Virus record (IMG/VR): IMGVR_UViG_3300016666_000162
Span: 1-51,777 of that record
DNA: 51,777 bases
Origin: a virus
Lineage: Duplodnaviria; Caudoviricetes
Reading direction: 5' to 3' (one strand)
The translations under genes and the position numbers were made by a program. Below, in pieces: positions 1 through 9,017 of the stretch. Position 1 is the stretch's first letter; every line of letters begins with the position of its first letter. The notes under the pieces are model-generated. The model searched no databases, was not told the DNA's origin, and worked only from the letters and a program-made list of their open reading frames with translations.

Positions 1-22
1 TTGCGGACTTAAAATCCCCCGC
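1..22 (+). repeat. att core, left copy of 22-bp direct repeat
   Basis: TTGCGGACTTAAAATCCCCCGC is identical to 51756-51777. Confidence 0.9.
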
Positions 23-62
23 TCGTAAGGGCGTCCCGGTTCGATTCCGGGTTCGGGCACCA
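1..62 (+). tRNA. 3' half of tRNA-Leu (anticodon TAA); 5' half not in window
   Basis: Anticodon loop CTTAAAA, long variable arm GCTCGTAAGGGC, T-arm CCCGGTTCGATTCCGGG, acceptor end GGGCACCA. Confidence 0.85.
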
Positions 63-66
63 ATGA

Positions 67-142
67 TATCAAGGGCTTGCCAGGGAAACCTGAGCAGGCC
101 CTTATCTTTTTTGCTTCGCAATTTTAGACCCTGCACCGCAAT
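67..142 (+). promoter_or_regulatory. att arm: IHF consensus site (67-79) and putative integrase arm site (131-142)
   Basis: TATCAAGGGCTTG fits WATCAANNNNTTR; CTGCACCGCAAT recurs at 51646-51657 and its 9-bp core is inverted at 51712-51720. Confidence 0.6.
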
Positions 143-202
143 TTCCATTTCCCCGGCGTCCTGCCGACGAACACCACTCCCAAATCTGTACCACCTCAAC
201 TA

Positions 203-218
203 CTGTACGCACATACAG
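203..218. promoter_or_regulatory. LexA (SOS) box
   Basis: CTGTACGCACATACAG = CTGT-N8-ACAG, 17 nt upstream of the ATG at 236. Confidence 0.75.
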
Positions 219-235
219 CACTTGAGCGCACCACC

Positions 236-589
236 ATGAATATCGATGAAGACACCTGTCAGTGGCTCGGCTGTCCGACCCCGCTGGAAATGTACAAGCA
301 CCAGTGCGCGCTGCTCGAGGACGAACTCACGGAGACCCAGGCGCTACTGCGCAAGTCGAGGCTGAACATCGCCGGCTTGGTTCAGATGAACGACGCGCTG
401 TCCACCGGCAAGGCATGCGCAGAGGAGGCACTGAAGGTTGCGCGGCAGGAGCTCGAAGAGCTGAAGCGGGCCGGATCACCACCCAGCATACTCAGCATCA
501 AGCTCGTGGCCGAACAGCGCGACTACCTTCTCAGGGAGAATCAACGATTGCTGGCAGAGCTGAAGAAGATTACCGAGCCACAGCCATGA
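236..589 (+). CDS. Hypothetical coiled-coil protein, probably SOS-regulated
   Basis: 117 aa ORF with helical composition, convergent with Rz, directly downstream of the SOS box. Confidence 0.7.
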   Translation: MNIDEDTCQWLGCPTPLEMYKHQCALLEDELTETQALLRKSRLNIAGLVQMNDALSTGKACAEEALKVARQELEELKRAGSPPSILSIKLVAEQRDYLLRENQRLLAELKKITEPQP

Positions 590-1073
590 CGTAAGCCTGG
601 CACGCCCGCAGCGCGATCACGGCGTTATCCCCGTCGTCGGTGATGGCGATAATTCGTTGAGCATGCGCTGGGTCAAGTTGGGCTCGACGGGCTGCATGAA
701 CCACGCCGACGGCGCCGGGGGTGGCAGGCACGTTGCAGCCACTGGCTGGATCCTCGGCAAGGAGGACTGACAGCCGGACATCAGCAGTAGCAAGCTGGTT
801 GCGCAGGCGAGCCTGATTGCGCTGGGCATCGGATAATTCCTTGGTGTGTTGTTGGTCCTGGCCGGCGAGCTGCTGCTCCAGGGCCAGGCGCTTGTCCTGC
901 TCGGCGCGTGCTTGGGCGGCGGCGGCGTTGGTAATCGCCGCCAGGTCATCCTTGTGCAGGCCGGCCTGCTCGGTGAGCTTCTTGCCCATCCGCCAGTCTT
1001 GCACCTGCCAGGCGCCGGCGGCGCTGATGACCATCGCCAGCAGGATCGCGCCCAGAATCTGCCCGGGCGTCAT
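570..1073 (-). CDS. Rz: i-spanin (Rz-like)
   Basis: N-terminal TM segment plus coiled coil; follows the endolysin; contains a nested lipoprotein. Confidence 0.85.
   Translation of the reverse strand: MTPGQILGAILLAMVISAAGAWQVQDWRMGKKLTEQAGLHKDDLAAITNAAAAQARAEQDKRLALEQQLAGQDQQHTKELSDAQRNQARLRNQLATADVRLSVLLAEDPASGCNVPATPGAVGVVHAARRAQLDPAHAQRIIAITDDGDNAVIALRACQAYVMAVAR
617..829 (-). CDS. Rz1: o-spanin lipoprotein nested in Rz
   Basis: MPSAIRLACATSLLLLMSGC lipobox, Pro-rich mature part, alternative frame inside Rz. Confidence 0.8.
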   Translation of the reverse strand: MPSAIRLACATSLLLLMSGCQSSLPRIQPVAATCLPPPAPSAWFMQPVEPNLTQRMLNELSPSPTTGITP

Positions 1074-1603
1074 GCCAGCACCTTCAGCGCCTTGTCGTAC
1101 AGCGCCTGGCGGTCGGCCAGGCCGTTGACTCCACCATTGATACGACGGGTGATCTTCATGAATTCACCCTGATCCGCCAGGGTGTTCAACCCACGGGTAG
1201 ACCAGAACCATGCCGCCGACATCGCGGCGTGCTGTGGCTGCTCGAGTAGTTCCGGCTTGCTGAGCAGGTCCAGGCCCAGGGCTTCCCCACACGCAGCGTA
1301 GTTGGCCCTGCCGGTGATCTGGATCAGCCCCCGACCACGGTAATTGGAACCGTCCCCCTTCACGGTGTTGCCCAGGTCTGCGCGCCCGTCATAGCCGGCC
1401 TGCTGCGCCGTGGGGCCCCACAACTCCTTCAGCCAGCGGAACTGGCCCGACTCGTGCCCGACCTGGGCGATGAACGCGGCAACGCGCGGCGTGCCGACGA
1501 TGCCGTAACGGCTCATGGCCGTGTTCAGGACGGGAACGAAAACGCCGGAATTGCGGCCGGCGTTCGGGAGAATCTGCAGCAATTGCTGCTCGGTGATAGG
1601 CAT
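1070..1603 (-). CDS. Endolysin, glycoside hydrolase family 19
   Basis: AQVGHES, YRGRGLIQITGRANY and TRRINGG motifs; start MPITEQQ after GGAG. Confidence 0.92.
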   Translation of the reverse strand: MPITEQQLLQILPNAGRNSGVFVPVLNTAMSRYGIVGTPRVAAFIAQVGHESGQFRWLKELWGPTAQQAGYDGRADLGNTVKGDGSNYRGRGLIQITGRANYAACGEALGLDLLSKPELLEQPQHAAMSAAWFWSTRGLNTLADQGEFMKITRRINGGVNGLADRQALYDKALKVLA

Positions 1604-1668
1604 ATTTTTTCTCCAGGCGATAAAAAACCGCACATGGCGGCTATCGGTCTCTAATCGTTTTCCAGCAG

Positions 1669-2322
1669 TTAAGAAATCGGCTTGGCAAATACAACAGGCG
1701 TATAGTATGAAGTTGAGATATCAACCCCGACAACTTGCATAACAAGCCTATCATTACCATAGTCCCACACGGCATATTGATTTCCCTGCCGAGATGTAAG
1801 ACCTGCAACATCCATTGCAATATTATTAAGGAGCATATAGTCACCAGAACCAAGTGGGCTATATGCTGTCCAGCTAAGTCTTGATGTACCTTGCCCTGTT
1901 GGGGACGAACCTAAATATGACCAGCCTGTAATCGTTCTTGTGAACTGAGCGCAGGCCGTACCACTATCAAACAGCAGTTTTGAATTACCATCCCATAATC
2001 TTAGCCCGAAGGTGGCTATCTCCTTGGATTGAAAAGCGGCAGCAAACCAGTTCCCAGAGGTTCCAACTCCGGCTATGCCGGTGAACGAAAATCCGGCCCA
2101 GGCTCCAGGGCCTCCCGATAGCTTGCAGAAACACAGGGTGTTTGACTGGCCTGGCCTCACGAAAACAAGCGGTGGCTCTTGAGTAGTGATTACGAACGGG
2201 AACGACGCCCCCGCGCCGCCGACTCCGCTATATGTGCCCTTTGCTAAAACAACAAGTCTGGAAAATTCAGAATCAAGCGTTACCACGTCATTGTTATTTG
2301 TAAACGTTAGTCCGTAAGGCAT
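1669..2322 (-). CDS. Tail-tip associated protein (possible receptor-binding accessory)
   Basis: 217 aa beta-rich ORF downstream of J; YGL/FGLRLWD repeats typical of post-J tail proteins; lower GC. Confidence 0.6.
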   Translation of the reverse strand: MPYGLTFTNNNDVVTLDSEFSRLVVLAKGTYSGVGGAGASFPFVITTQEPPLVFVRPGQSNTLCFCKLSGGPGAWAGFSFTGIAGVGTSGNWFAAAFQSKEIATFGLRLWDGNSKLLFDSGTACAQFTRTITGWSYLGSSPTGQGTSRLSWTAYSPLGSGDYMLLNNIAMDVAGLTSRQGNQYAVWDYGNDRLVMQVVGVDISTSYYTPVVFAKPIS

Positions 2323-2663
2323 TACCGATACCTCATGACTATTAACCTCTGAGTCCTAAGTACCCCCATAGGCGCGCCCTCGGGTGCACCAGGCTGCCCA
2401 AAATAAAGCGTCACTCCACCACTCGAAACTATAGGTGTGTACTGTATATTTCTCTGGTCCTTACCATCTGTCCCATAGTCATCTACTGGTATACACACTG
2501 CTGAGTGAGTAGAAGGATCAATCCCAATTATTGCAATAAACCTTGTCCTGGCCTCACCTGAAGCGCGCTGCACAAGTGCAGAATAAACAACCCTTACTGT
2601 AAACGAGTTCTCGTCCAACTCAAGGAAGCCAGTCGGCCCCCATATTCTCATTCCGAAGCTCAT
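2322..2663 (-). CDS. Tail-tip associated small protein
   Basis: 113 aa, MSFGMRIW start, overlaps the J stop codon. Confidence 0.6.
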   Translation of the reverse strand: MSFGMRIWGPTGFLELDENSFTVRVVYSALVQRASGEARTRFIAIIGIDPSTHSAVCIPVDDYGTDGKDQRNIQYTPIVSSGGVTLYFGQPGAPEGAPMGVLRTQRLIVMRYR

Positions 2664-5600
2664 GCCGTCAGATCCCCAAGCTGCACGCGCTTGACGTTAT
2701 TTTCGTCGTAGACCTTGATCGCCCGATTGGTCATCGTCAGACGCCCACCACCAGGTGCCGGCCCGTTGAACTCCAAGTTCCCAGCTTTATCAAGGCGCCA
2801 TCCCTGGACGCCGGCTTCGTAGTTATCGGATTGCAGTGCCTGGCCGATCTTCAGCATGGTGATACTGCCGTCACGGATAAAAGCAGTGTCGATGTAGGCC
2901 GCGTTGTCCTGCACCACGAACGGGTAGAAGACGCTGGTAGTGTTTGGGTCAATGATGGCGAACCTGCTCGCGGCAATCAGCACCTGGCTGGTGATGACGC
3001 CTTCGTCATTCTCAACACCGACACCAATGCCGGCAAGGTACGGCTTTCCGTCTACGGTCAACTGAGTCTTGATGCTGTACATCGCGGCCAGTTCAGACTT
3101 GAGCGCTTCGATCTCGACCTGGGCACCGCCGCCCGAATCGATCTTCTCAAGCAGGTGCTGGCTGAGCTGGGTCTCGGTGATCTGGTCGTTGAGGTAATCA
3201 AGGATTGGCCCCGCATCCGAAGAAGACTGGCCGTTAACCGGGCCGAAGAAGGCACCCAGGTTGCCGATGCGATCCACCAGGCGCGCCCAGAAGAAAAAGC
3301 GCTTGCCGGCGGCCAGGCCCATTATCGTCAGGTCCGTCTGCGGGTTTGCGTAATCACCGAACTTGACCGCGCTGGCAATATCGGAGGTCTCGCTGTACCA
3401 GATCTCCGTGCGCTGCAAGTCAGCGGTGCTCAGATCCTGTGGGATCGACCACTGAAGCTTGATGCCGAACACGATCGATTGTGCCGTGAACGAGGATACC
3501 GCCGGCGGCGGCGTGGTCTTTCCGTTCAGTACCGTTTCAGCCGATGTTGCAAATACCGACCCGATGTCGAGCGAGTTGATCGCCCGCACCTTGGCCACAT
3601 AGCGACCCGCATAGATTCCGCTCACGTCGATCGACGTGGTACCGGTACGGCCGGCAAAGATCCAATCACCGTCGTTCTTGCGCCAGTAGACCTCGTAGGC
3701 TATCGCTGCCTCAGGCTTCTCCCATGCGATCGTCATAACGCTGATCGCACTGCCCTGGTCTACAAAGTGGTCATTGCTGACGGTTACGTTTTCCGGTGGT
3801 GGCTGGACGCTTGGCGGAATGACGGTCACCGGCGGCTGCTCAATACGGCTCCCGTTATCGATCGCGCTGTACTTGCTGGAATTATGGCGAACGGCACTAA
3901 CGGTGAACTTGATCTCCGTGTCAGAAAAGTCCTCAACCACGGACATGACACGAAACTGCTGCACCGCCAGCGTTGGCGAATCGATCGCCCACATCGAATG
4001 CGTGGGTGGCAGATCTGAAAGCGGCTCGGCCAGCACCACCTGCTGTACGTCCGACGGAAAGCCCGTGGTGTCCATGGTGATGTTGCCGTTGTCCCAGGTG
4101 ATGCCGGTGCTGTCCCAGGTCAGCGGGTAGCCAACGGACTTGATCGCCCGCGAGATGGCCTTACCGTTCGGCATTATCAGCGTGATGGTGTCGCCAGGGT
4201 ATGCGGTCACATCGGCATCGAGGACGAGCGTATCTAGTGTTGCCGAGCGCAGGCGGCCGCCAATGCGACGCCCAGCGCGGTCGTTGTCTGCAACCCGAAT
4301 GATCTGCCCAGGGCGCGCGAGGGTGCCATCCAGACCAACCGAGAAGCCGACGCTCTCCGTCTCCAGGCGGTTGGTGAGAAGAGCCCACTTACCAATCCGC
4401 TGGGCCTGTGCCTGGGAAGTGCAGCCCGTGGCCGTGATTTCGGTCTGCTGAATGCCGTAGCGGCTGATCCCAGCCTGGTCATCAACATACTCGACCTTCT
4501 GCCGGTAGAAGTCTGTCGGGTCGTTCCAGCTCACCAGGGCGACTGTATAGCGCGTTTTCTTCGACGAGCCGAAGTAGCCGAATTTCCCGTCAATCACGTT
4601 GGCATTCGAATAGGTGTAAACGGGGTCCTCTGGCATGTCGCACACAGCAGTGACAGACCCTGCAGCCCAATAAGCCATGCCGCGAAATGTCGTTGAAAGA
4701 TCCTGCAGCACGCGCAAGGCATCAGCACGGACGGACAAGTAAAGATTGCAAGTGAAGCGCGGGTGGGTCCCGCCCTTCCCGTCCGGCACCATCTGATCGC
4801 AGTACTGGCCGATCCGGTAAAGCTCCCACTTGTCGACTTGTCCAGCGTTCAGAAGGTGGCCAAGGCCATAGCGAAAGTGCAGGAGAAGGTCGTAAAAAAT
4901 CCAGGCTGGATTATCGGTCCATGCGCTTTTGAAGCTGCCGTCCCAGACGCCAGAGTAGATACGGGTCGCGGGGTCGTAATTGCTCGGCACCCTGATGATT
5001 CGACCGTACAAGTCGAACGAGCGTGTCGGGATCGACTGGAACTGAGAAGCGTCGAACTGGACGCCAATCATCGCCGAGCCCGGGTAGCGCAGCTTCGCGT
5101 CGATTACTTCCGTGATCGCGTCGATGGTAGTGGTGTCGGCGATGGCGGAACTGGTCGAGTTTGGGGTGGTTCTCACCACGCGCACCTGCCAACCACTGTT
5201 GGCCGGGGGCAGATCCACCCGGTGGGAGCGCTCGTACTTCGTCGAAGTTTTGCCGCTGAACGACGAAATCACCATCGGCACGTATGGCCCGCCGTCCGTA
5301 GAGAGCTCAATCCGGTACTGCACGGTATAGCCGTTGGTATCGCCGTTCGAGGTGTTTGTCTGCGCGAGCCGAGGCACTGAAATTCGAACACGCTCGGCCG
5401 ACAGCTGCAGGTTGGTGACAGCCCTCACCCACGGCTGGTCGTAACGAAGCTCTACGCCCACCCCTACCTCGCTTTCCACCGCCGGGAAGCCAGGGATATG
5501 CAGCTGGTCCTGGCTTCCAGTACGGACATCAAGCGTTACTCCGCTGAAATTCAGCGAACCATCAGCGTTGGCCAGCGGCGTTTCGCCAAGAAATACCGAG

Positions 5601-5752
5601 CGCATGCCATCCACCAGCCCAACAATTTCACCCTCACTCACCAGGTCGAGTATTCGGGCATACGCAACGCTTTGCAGGTTGTCAGGGGCCTCAACTGACG
5701 GGCGCGGCTTATCCTCGCCGCCCTTGCTGCCGGCGATAGCTAGATTGGTCAT
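2660..5752 (-). CDS. Tail tip / host specificity protein (lambda gpJ-like)
   Basis: 1030 aa; LDLVSEGEI, WDGSFKSAWTDNPAW, FN3-like segments; position after L-K-I. Confidence 0.93.
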   Translation of the reverse strand: MTNLAIAGSKGGEDKPRPSVEAPDNLQSVAYARILDLVSEGEIVGLVDGMRSVFLGETPLANADGSLNFSGVTLDVRTGSQDQLHIPGFPAVESEVGVGVELRYDQPWVRAVTNLQLSAERVRISVPRLAQTNTSNGDTNGYTVQYRIELSTDGGPYVPMVISSFSGKTSTKYERSHRVDLPPANSGWQVRVVRTTPNSTSSAIADTTTIDAITEVIDAKLRYPGSAMIGVQFDASQFQSIPTRSFDLYGRIIRVPSNYDPATRIYSGVWDGSFKSAWTDNPAWIFYDLLLHFRYGLGHLLNAGQVDKWELYRIGQYCDQMVPDGKGGTHPRFTCNLYLSVRADALRVLQDLSTTFRGMAYWAAGSVTAVCDMPEDPVYTYSNANVIDGKFGYFGSSKKTRYTVALVSWNDPTDFYRQKVEYVDDQAGISRYGIQQTEITATGCTSQAQAQRIGKWALLTNRLETESVGFSVGLDGTLARPGQIIRVADNDRAGRRIGGRLRSATLDTLVLDADVTAYPGDTITLIMPNGKAISRAIKSVGYPLTWDSTGITWDNGNITMDTTGFPSDVQQVVLAEPLSDLPPTHSMWAIDSPTLAVQQFRVMSVVEDFSDTEIKFTVSAVRHNSSKYSAIDNGSRIEQPPVTVIPPSVQPPPENVTVSNDHFVDQGSAISVMTIAWEKPEAAIAYEVYWRKNDGDWIFAGRTGTTSIDVSGIYAGRYVAKVRAINSLDIGSVFATSAETVLNGKTTPPPAVSSFTAQSIVFGIKLQWSIPQDLSTADLQRTEIWYSETSDIASAVKFGDYANPQTDLTIMGLAAGKRFFFWARLVDRIGNLGAFFGPVNGQSSSDAGPILDYLNDQITETQLSQHLLEKIDSGGGAQVEIEALKSELAAMYSIKTQLTVDGKPYLAGIGVGVENDEGVITSQVLIAASRFAIIDPNTTSVFYPFVVQDNAAYIDTAFIRDGSITMLKIGQALQSDNYEAGVQGWRLDKAGNLEFNGPAPGGGRLTMTNRAIKVYDENNVKRVQLGDLTA

Positions 5753-5812
5753 GGCTTTCCTTCAGGCGAAAAAAAGCCCGCTCGATGGCGGGCCTGGTGA
5801 CTGGGTGGTCGA

Positions 5813-6403
5813 TTACATCTGGTCTTCGGAATAGATACCGGCGCTGATCACGGCGCTGCCAACGATCATTCGCCCGTACAGCAGCGGTACAGGGTTACCC
5901 TGAACGCTGGTGTTGACCGGTCCATTGAAGCTGTAACTCGGTCGGTTGTTGGGGCCGTCCTGGGTGCCGAGTCCTTTCGCCTGAGGGCTCAGCATCTGAA
6001 TGGCACCACCGAGAAACAGAGACGCACCAAGCGACTGACCCCAACCCTGCATCCCCGGAATAAAGAAAGATGCCGCAAAGATTACGGCCCCTACGATTGT
6101 TTGTAGAAGCCCGGCGCGCTTCGAGCCTGAAATAACTGGAATGATTCTAATAACATCCCTTCCTGTTGGTTTTTCCAGATCTTCCTCTCCGATGTTTTCC
6201 TTTCCATTGAAGATCGCGTAACGCAAGCCCTTGCTGGAGCTTTCCGCCATATGCTGCTCAAATCCAGGGTATTGCCTGAAGTACCCAATGACGTCTCGGA
6301 ACCCTCCAGACGTGGTCATTCGATGCTTCCGCCCAAACAATCTGGCAAGTGACCCAGAAAGCAGAACGGTCTGCATTTTCTCTTCCGCGAATGCGTAGCT
6401 CAT
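5813..6403 (-). CDS. Tail assembly protein I (lambda gpI-like)
   Basis: Ubiquitin-like N-terminus; SYSFNGPVNT and QGNPVPLLYG motifs. Confidence 0.9.
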   Translation of the reverse strand: MSYAFAEEKMQTVLLSGSLARLFGRKHRMTTSGGFRDVIGYFRQYPGFEQHMAESSSKGLRYAIFNGKENIGEEDLEKPTGRDVIRIIPVISGSKRAGLLQTIVGAVIFAASFFIPGMQGWGQSLGASLFLGGAIQMLSPQAKGLGTQDGPNNRPSYSFNGPVNTSVQGNPVPLLYGRMIVGSAVISAGIYSEDQM

Positions 6404-6455
6404 TTTTTCTCCGGACAATAAAAAGCCGCCCGGAGGCGGCTGGTAACGAGGTTGA

Positions 6456-6800
6456 CTACAAACAAGATTTCACTGCGGACTCAACAGCGGAGCGACCCAT
6501 ACCAGGCATCCACGCAAGCCGCTGATAGAAAACCACCGAACTTCCAGCTGAGGTTTTTTTTACCTCCAGCAATTCGTCGGTGAGCTGCACGGCTCCGATC
6601 ACCAGCCTATAACCATTCTCCGTCTCAGACATTGTCGCCTCCGACCTAGCATCCTGCCATTTTGGAAAGACGCACAGCGCGTACTGCTTGGGCTCCTTCT
6701 TTGTGGTGGTGTTTACAGTCGGTATATTTGTTCGCAAATCGCTGGGCGACACACACCCAGCTAACAGCGCCACGCCCAGCGCAGCAATCAAAATCCGCAT
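6456..6800 (-). CDS. Lipoprotein moron between K and I
   Basis: MRILIAALGVALLAGC lipobox; followed by its own terminator near 6419-6441. Confidence 0.8.
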   Translation of the reverse strand: MRILIAALGVALLAGCVSPSDLRTNIPTVNTTTKKEPKQYALCVFPKWQDARSEATMSETENGYRLVIGAVQLTDELLEVKKTSAGSSVVFYQRLAWMPGMGRSAVESAVKSCL

Positions 6801-6846
6801 ATCGTCAACTCCATGTGATTTGGCCAGACGATAACATTTCCGCCGG

Positions 6847-6862
6847 CTGTATGAATCCTCAG
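6847..6862. promoter_or_regulatory. LexA-box-like site between divergent moron genes
   Basis: CTGTATGAATCCTCAG (CTG-N10-CAG; one mismatch to CTGT-N8-ACAG). Confidence 0.45.
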
Positions 6863-6926
6863 TAACCGGGGGTGCGCGGGCGGTAGTAGCCTTTAGCCCC
6901 CAAATGGATTATCAAGGATCGAGAGC

Positions 6927-7475
6927 ATGACAGCCTGGAAGTCAGTCGAAATTAGACTTAGCCAACAAAGAAAGAACATTCCATACGCACCCGACCTTGC
7001 AAACGACGTGCACCCGGTCATTTGGTTGTCGAGAGAACCCCATAGAATTGATGAAATTCCTGAGCTGATCCGAGACCCTGAGCTGAAGTCGACCGTACAA
7101 AGCATCAATTCGCTCGGCTGCAGATTTGAGACCTTCCGCTGCGGATCAGTTACCGAAGAGGATGACGGTAAATTCTACTCGAACTTCAACATAGGCCTGA
7201 TCTACAGAGATCGCAGAGCGTTCGCGGATTACGGTGCACAACTCATGATTGCGGGGGAGGTTCTTGGATTTTCAACGGATAGCGACATTTTCCCACCGTC
7301 GAGTCGTACGTTCTTGATTGAAATTGAGCCTGTGCATCTGACCACCGAAGGTGTCCATGGGTGGACTGTGGATTTGTGGTATCGGTGCCAAGGTGAAACC
7401 GCCCAAGACGCGACAATCCAGGCGGCTCGGGCGCTGAACCTTTTGAAAAACGTTCTTTCGGCGAAATATCCATAA
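6927..7475 (+). CDS. Hypothetical moron protein, antisense to the tail operon
   Basis: 182 aa ORF fills the K-I gap on the opposite strand; lower GC. Confidence 0.75.
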   Translation: MTAWKSVEIRLSQQRKNIPYAPDLANDVHPVIWLSREPHRIDEIPELIRDPELKSTVQSINSLGCRFETFRCGSVTEEDDGKFYSNFNIGLIYRDRRAFADYGAQLMIAGEVLGFSTDSDIFPPSSRTFLIEIEPVHLTTEGVHGWTVDLWYRCQGETAQDATIQAARALNLLKNVLSAKYP

Positions 7476-7494
7476 AGCGCTGAACTCCAATGTT

Positions 7495-8271
7495 CTAGAT
7501 AGTTGGCGGCGCACTGGTGTGCCGCCAGTAGCCGACCGTCACCTCGGACCAGTAGCCGCCGTACACGTCGCGCTTACTGTCGCGGTTATAGAGGTGGTGC
7601 AGAATCGACCCGGGCGCCGGGTAATGTTCGGGCTCGGTCTTCAGCACTCCGTCGGCTAGGTAGATCGCCGCATGGTTGGGCACCGGTGAACGGATCTGCA
7701 TCAGCACCAGATCGCCGTGCTGCAGCGTCGACACCTTATCGAATCCGGCGGCAGGCAGATTGTCCAGGTACAGGTTGCCGCCCTTGTCCCACCATCCGTC
7801 CTCGCGCTCGTAGTTGCCAAGCTCGATGCCCATCTCACGCCGGTAGAAGTCGAGGATGATGCTCAGGCAGTCGCTGACGCCATGGGCAAAGGACCGACCA
7901 ATTAGCGGGGCCTGATAACCGGTGGGCGAAAAACTCACCAAGTCGCCGGGGCGAACCACGTCGTCGTCTCCCTTTCGCACTTCCAGGATGTGCCACGGCA
8001 GTGCCGATGCCTCGCAAGAAATGCGATCGGCCTCGCTGGGCGCTGCTGGGTAGTCGGGGTGGCTGTGTACCACCGCCAGGATCGCGCCACGGTCCTCGGC
8101 ACCGGCATAATCCTCCGGCGCAAGGCGGAAATGCTCGCTGGGCGTCGAGGCGGTGTTGCGGCACGGCACGTAGACCTCCTTGCGGCCCTCGCGCACCAGC
8201 AGCCCGCAGCACTCGCGGGGGTACTCGGCGAGCGCATGAGCCTCAATTGCTGCCTTGCTTGCTTTGTTCAT
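7495..8271 (-). CDS. Tail assembly protein K (JAB/MPN + NlpC/P60)
   Basis: YPRECCG and VHSHP-x7-SEAD JAB motif; DC and NHAAIY NlpC/P60 motifs. Confidence 0.93.
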   Translation of the reverse strand: MNKASKAAIEAHALAEYPRECCGLLVREGRKEVYVPCRNTASTPSEHFRLAPEDYAGAEDRGAILAVVHSHPDYPAAPSEADRISCEASALPWHILEVRKGDDDVVRPGDLVSFSPTGYQAPLIGRSFAHGVSDCLSIILDFYRREMGIELGNYEREDGWWDKGGNLYLDNLPAAGFDKVSTLQHGDLVLMQIRSPVPNHAAIYLADGVLKTEPEHYPAPGSILHHLYNRDSKRDVYGGYWSEVTVGYWRHTSAPPTI

Positions 8272-8274
8272 GGG

Positions 8275-8958
8275 TTAAGCCCTGATCAGGCCGGCGGCCG
8301 GGAACGATCCGTACGGCAGCGGGTTATTGGCGCCGAAGCGAAGCTTGCAGCTGGTGAGCCGCCCGCCGCACTTGTCCTTGGCGGCATCGGTCACGATGAT
8401 GTCGTTCTCGTCTGCCACCGGCGGCCCGTTGTAGCCGCAGTACGGCCCGCGATATCCGCCGCAGGAAAGCCACCAGCACACGTTGGCCACGATCTGGCGG
8501 CGCGGCAGCTGGACACCCTGGAAGTCCAGCGCAGAAGCCAGTTCGAACTGGACCACTTCATTGTCTTCCGAGGCCTTGCGCTCGACGTACCAGATGTCCG
8601 GTGGCAACTCCTCTTCAGGATCCGCCTCGGGCTGGCCGTCCAGGTACTTGCCCAAGGTTCGGTGGCGAATGAGCTTCGCGCCCACCAGGTCCTCGAAATA
8701 CAGCACCAGGGCGGTGATGAACCCACCGACGTTGCCCACGGAGAGCGTCGGCGTGGGCTGCGCGCCCTGCCCGGTCATTTCAAAGCCGCCGGCCTTGATC
8801 GGCCACGGCGAGTACTCCAGGCCTTGCCAGAAGATCGGCGACTGCTGCGGGTATCCGTGAAATCGGTAAAGCTCGGCACCCAGCAACGTGGCATCGAGCT
8901 CAAATAGCTCCACCCACGCGCCAGGCTCCAGGGTCTGGATGTCGGCCGTGATCGGCAT
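8275..8958 (-). CDS. Minor tail protein L
   Basis: FELAS-LD, PRRQI, C-terminal Cys cluster (CxW, CGY, DKCG, SCKLRF). Confidence 0.92.
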   Translation of the reverse strand: MPITADIQTLEPGAWVELFELDATLLGAELYRFHGYPQQSPIFWQGLEYSPWPIKAGGFEMTGQGAQPTPTLSVGNVGGFITALVLYFEDLVGAKLIRHRTLGKYLDGQPEADPEEELPPDIWYVERKASEDNEVVQFELASALDFQGVQLPRRQIVANVCWWLSCGGYRGPYCGYNGPPVADENDIIVTDAAKDKCGGRLTSCKLRFGANNPLPYGSFPAAGLIRA

Positions 8959-9017
8959 ACGTTTTCCTCGGGCAATAAAAAACCCACTCATGGCGGGTAT
9001 CGGTGTTCTGGTAGCGA

